Shown: positions 62,933-64,000 of the stretch, piece after piece
How positions within the stretch are numbered: position 1 is the first letter of the stretch
Layout of the letters: each line of letters begins with the position of its first letter
DNA from: Vitrella brassicaformis CCMP3155
Taxonomy: Eukaryota; Protista; Chromerida
Reading direction: 5' to 3'
DNA length: 64,000 bases
Assembly: GCA_001179505.1 (NCBI GenBank)
Contig: CDMY01000954.1
Location: forward strand, 169,605 to 233,604
Notes under the pieces: model-generated
Database searches by the model: none
Seen by the model: only the letters and a program-made list of their open reading frames with translations
Told to the model about the DNA's origin: nothing
Position numbers and translations under genes: made by a program

Positions 62933-63500
62933 CGTTGATTCACGATATGCAGCGTGTGTGAATCAATCAATCAGAAGCGGGAGACAACAAGACTGCAGAG
63001 AGCTGTGACTGTTTGGCAATCCGTGAGAGTTGTACATGTACGTACACGAAAGCATTGTGGCACGATCTACTGCAGTTCATCGTCGCCTTTGTCTTCCTCC
63101 TCCCCTTCCTTTTTGTCCCGCCCCTCTGCACCCTCCCCCTCCCCCTCCCTCTCGCCCTCGCCCTCGCCTCGGTGCGGACAGGCACGCACCCATCCCATGC
63201 ACTCACTCATAGACTACACAGCCCGCCCTCCCGGGCCCTAGCTAGAATGAGCCAGGTGAGGCTCACCTTGCGGGTGCAAACAGAGATCATCGACAGATCA
63301 TGGACAGATTATGGACAGATCAAGGTACAGGATGGGTCTACAGCATCTCATGGCATTATTGGACAGGATGGGTGGATCGCATCCTTCTGTGAAACTGCTT
63401 CCTCAAGCTCGCATGTGAGAGAGGGGAGGAAAAAGAAAAGGACAGGACGTAACCGTACGTCCGTATCCGTTGAGGGTTGTCGAAGACTTGTCGGGACAGG

Positions 63501-64000
63501 ATGCCCAAGGTAATTAATGCGGTATGAAAGGGGCAGCAGGATGTGAATGCATGCGGGCATTGACACATGCGTGTGTGGGTGTGTGTGTTGGCACTGCAGG
63601 ATTCGAACAAACGCGGCGGCACAGGGCCGACGGGTCCCTACTCCAAAGCCAAGGTAGGTACCGCTGACAGGGAGAAGCCAGCCAGGCGTCAAAAGCAAGA
63701 AAGGGGATGGCGGGCACGCAGCAGGTACGATGGATGCATATCCTATATCTCAGGAGCCGCGCAAGTCCCAGTACCAGTTGCGTGGCGGCCGCGGGAGCGA
63801 CGAGGCGCTCCTCGGGGGCATCGAGTCCGACCGTCGGGCAAGTCGGGTGGCCAAGGAGCTGCGGCAGCAGGTGCAGGAGCAGGCCCAGAAGGTGCTCAAG
63901 GAGTTGCAGCAGTTCAACGCCAAGGACCGTGACCTGGCGCTGGGCGATGGGGCAGCCCGGCTCAAGTCCCTGGCGCCCGACCTCACCAACCAGGAGATGC
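63501..64000 (+). CDS. Divergent cyclin, copy 3 (5' part; inverted; cut by the window end)
   Basis: MPK|DSNKRGGTGPTGPYSKAK|EPRKSQYQLRGGRGSDEALLGGIESDRRASRVAKELRQQVQEQAQKVLKELQQFNAKDRDLALGDGAARLKSLAPDLTNQEM, with the same introns as copies 1 and 2. Confidence 0.8.

Noticed and set aside
10500-63300. Many ORFs rich in VCVC, THTH, LSVC and QTDR in the six-frame track
   Set aside because: These are translations of intronic microsatellites or antisense shadows of GC-rich exons.

Overview
Compact, GC-rich eukaryotic DNA with many short introns full of (GT)n, (CTGT)n and (GGAT)n microsatellites. Intron style plus CPW-WPC proteins suggest a chromerid/apicomplexan-related alveolate such as Vitrella; this is an inference. 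I assembled genes by eye from GT/AG junctions, so exon boundaries are approximate and no database searches were run. From left to right the window holds: the 3' end of a non-LTR retrotransposon (repeated around 300-N placeholder gaps) abutting a secreted-type LRR + Cys-rich + multi-TM receptor gene; a small acidic secreted protein; a stand-alone 74-aa MCM3-C-terminal-like winged helix; a TMEM163-like CDF transporter; a CPW-WPC gene with an inverted, rearranged paralog; an M16A insulinase with a plastid/thylakoid-like leader; a C2-like/coiled-coil/metacaspase-like fusion with an altered catalytic Cys motif; a RING-H2 E3 ligase; an NADP-type Zn alcohol dehydrogenase; three divergent A/B-type cyclin paralogs (two in a tandem segmental duplication, one inverted and cut by the window end); an Mpr1-like GNAT; SNF8/VPS22; a CBS-domain protein; a divergent TFIIB-family factor; and several hypothetical genes. 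I found no rRNA, tRNA or CRISPR array.
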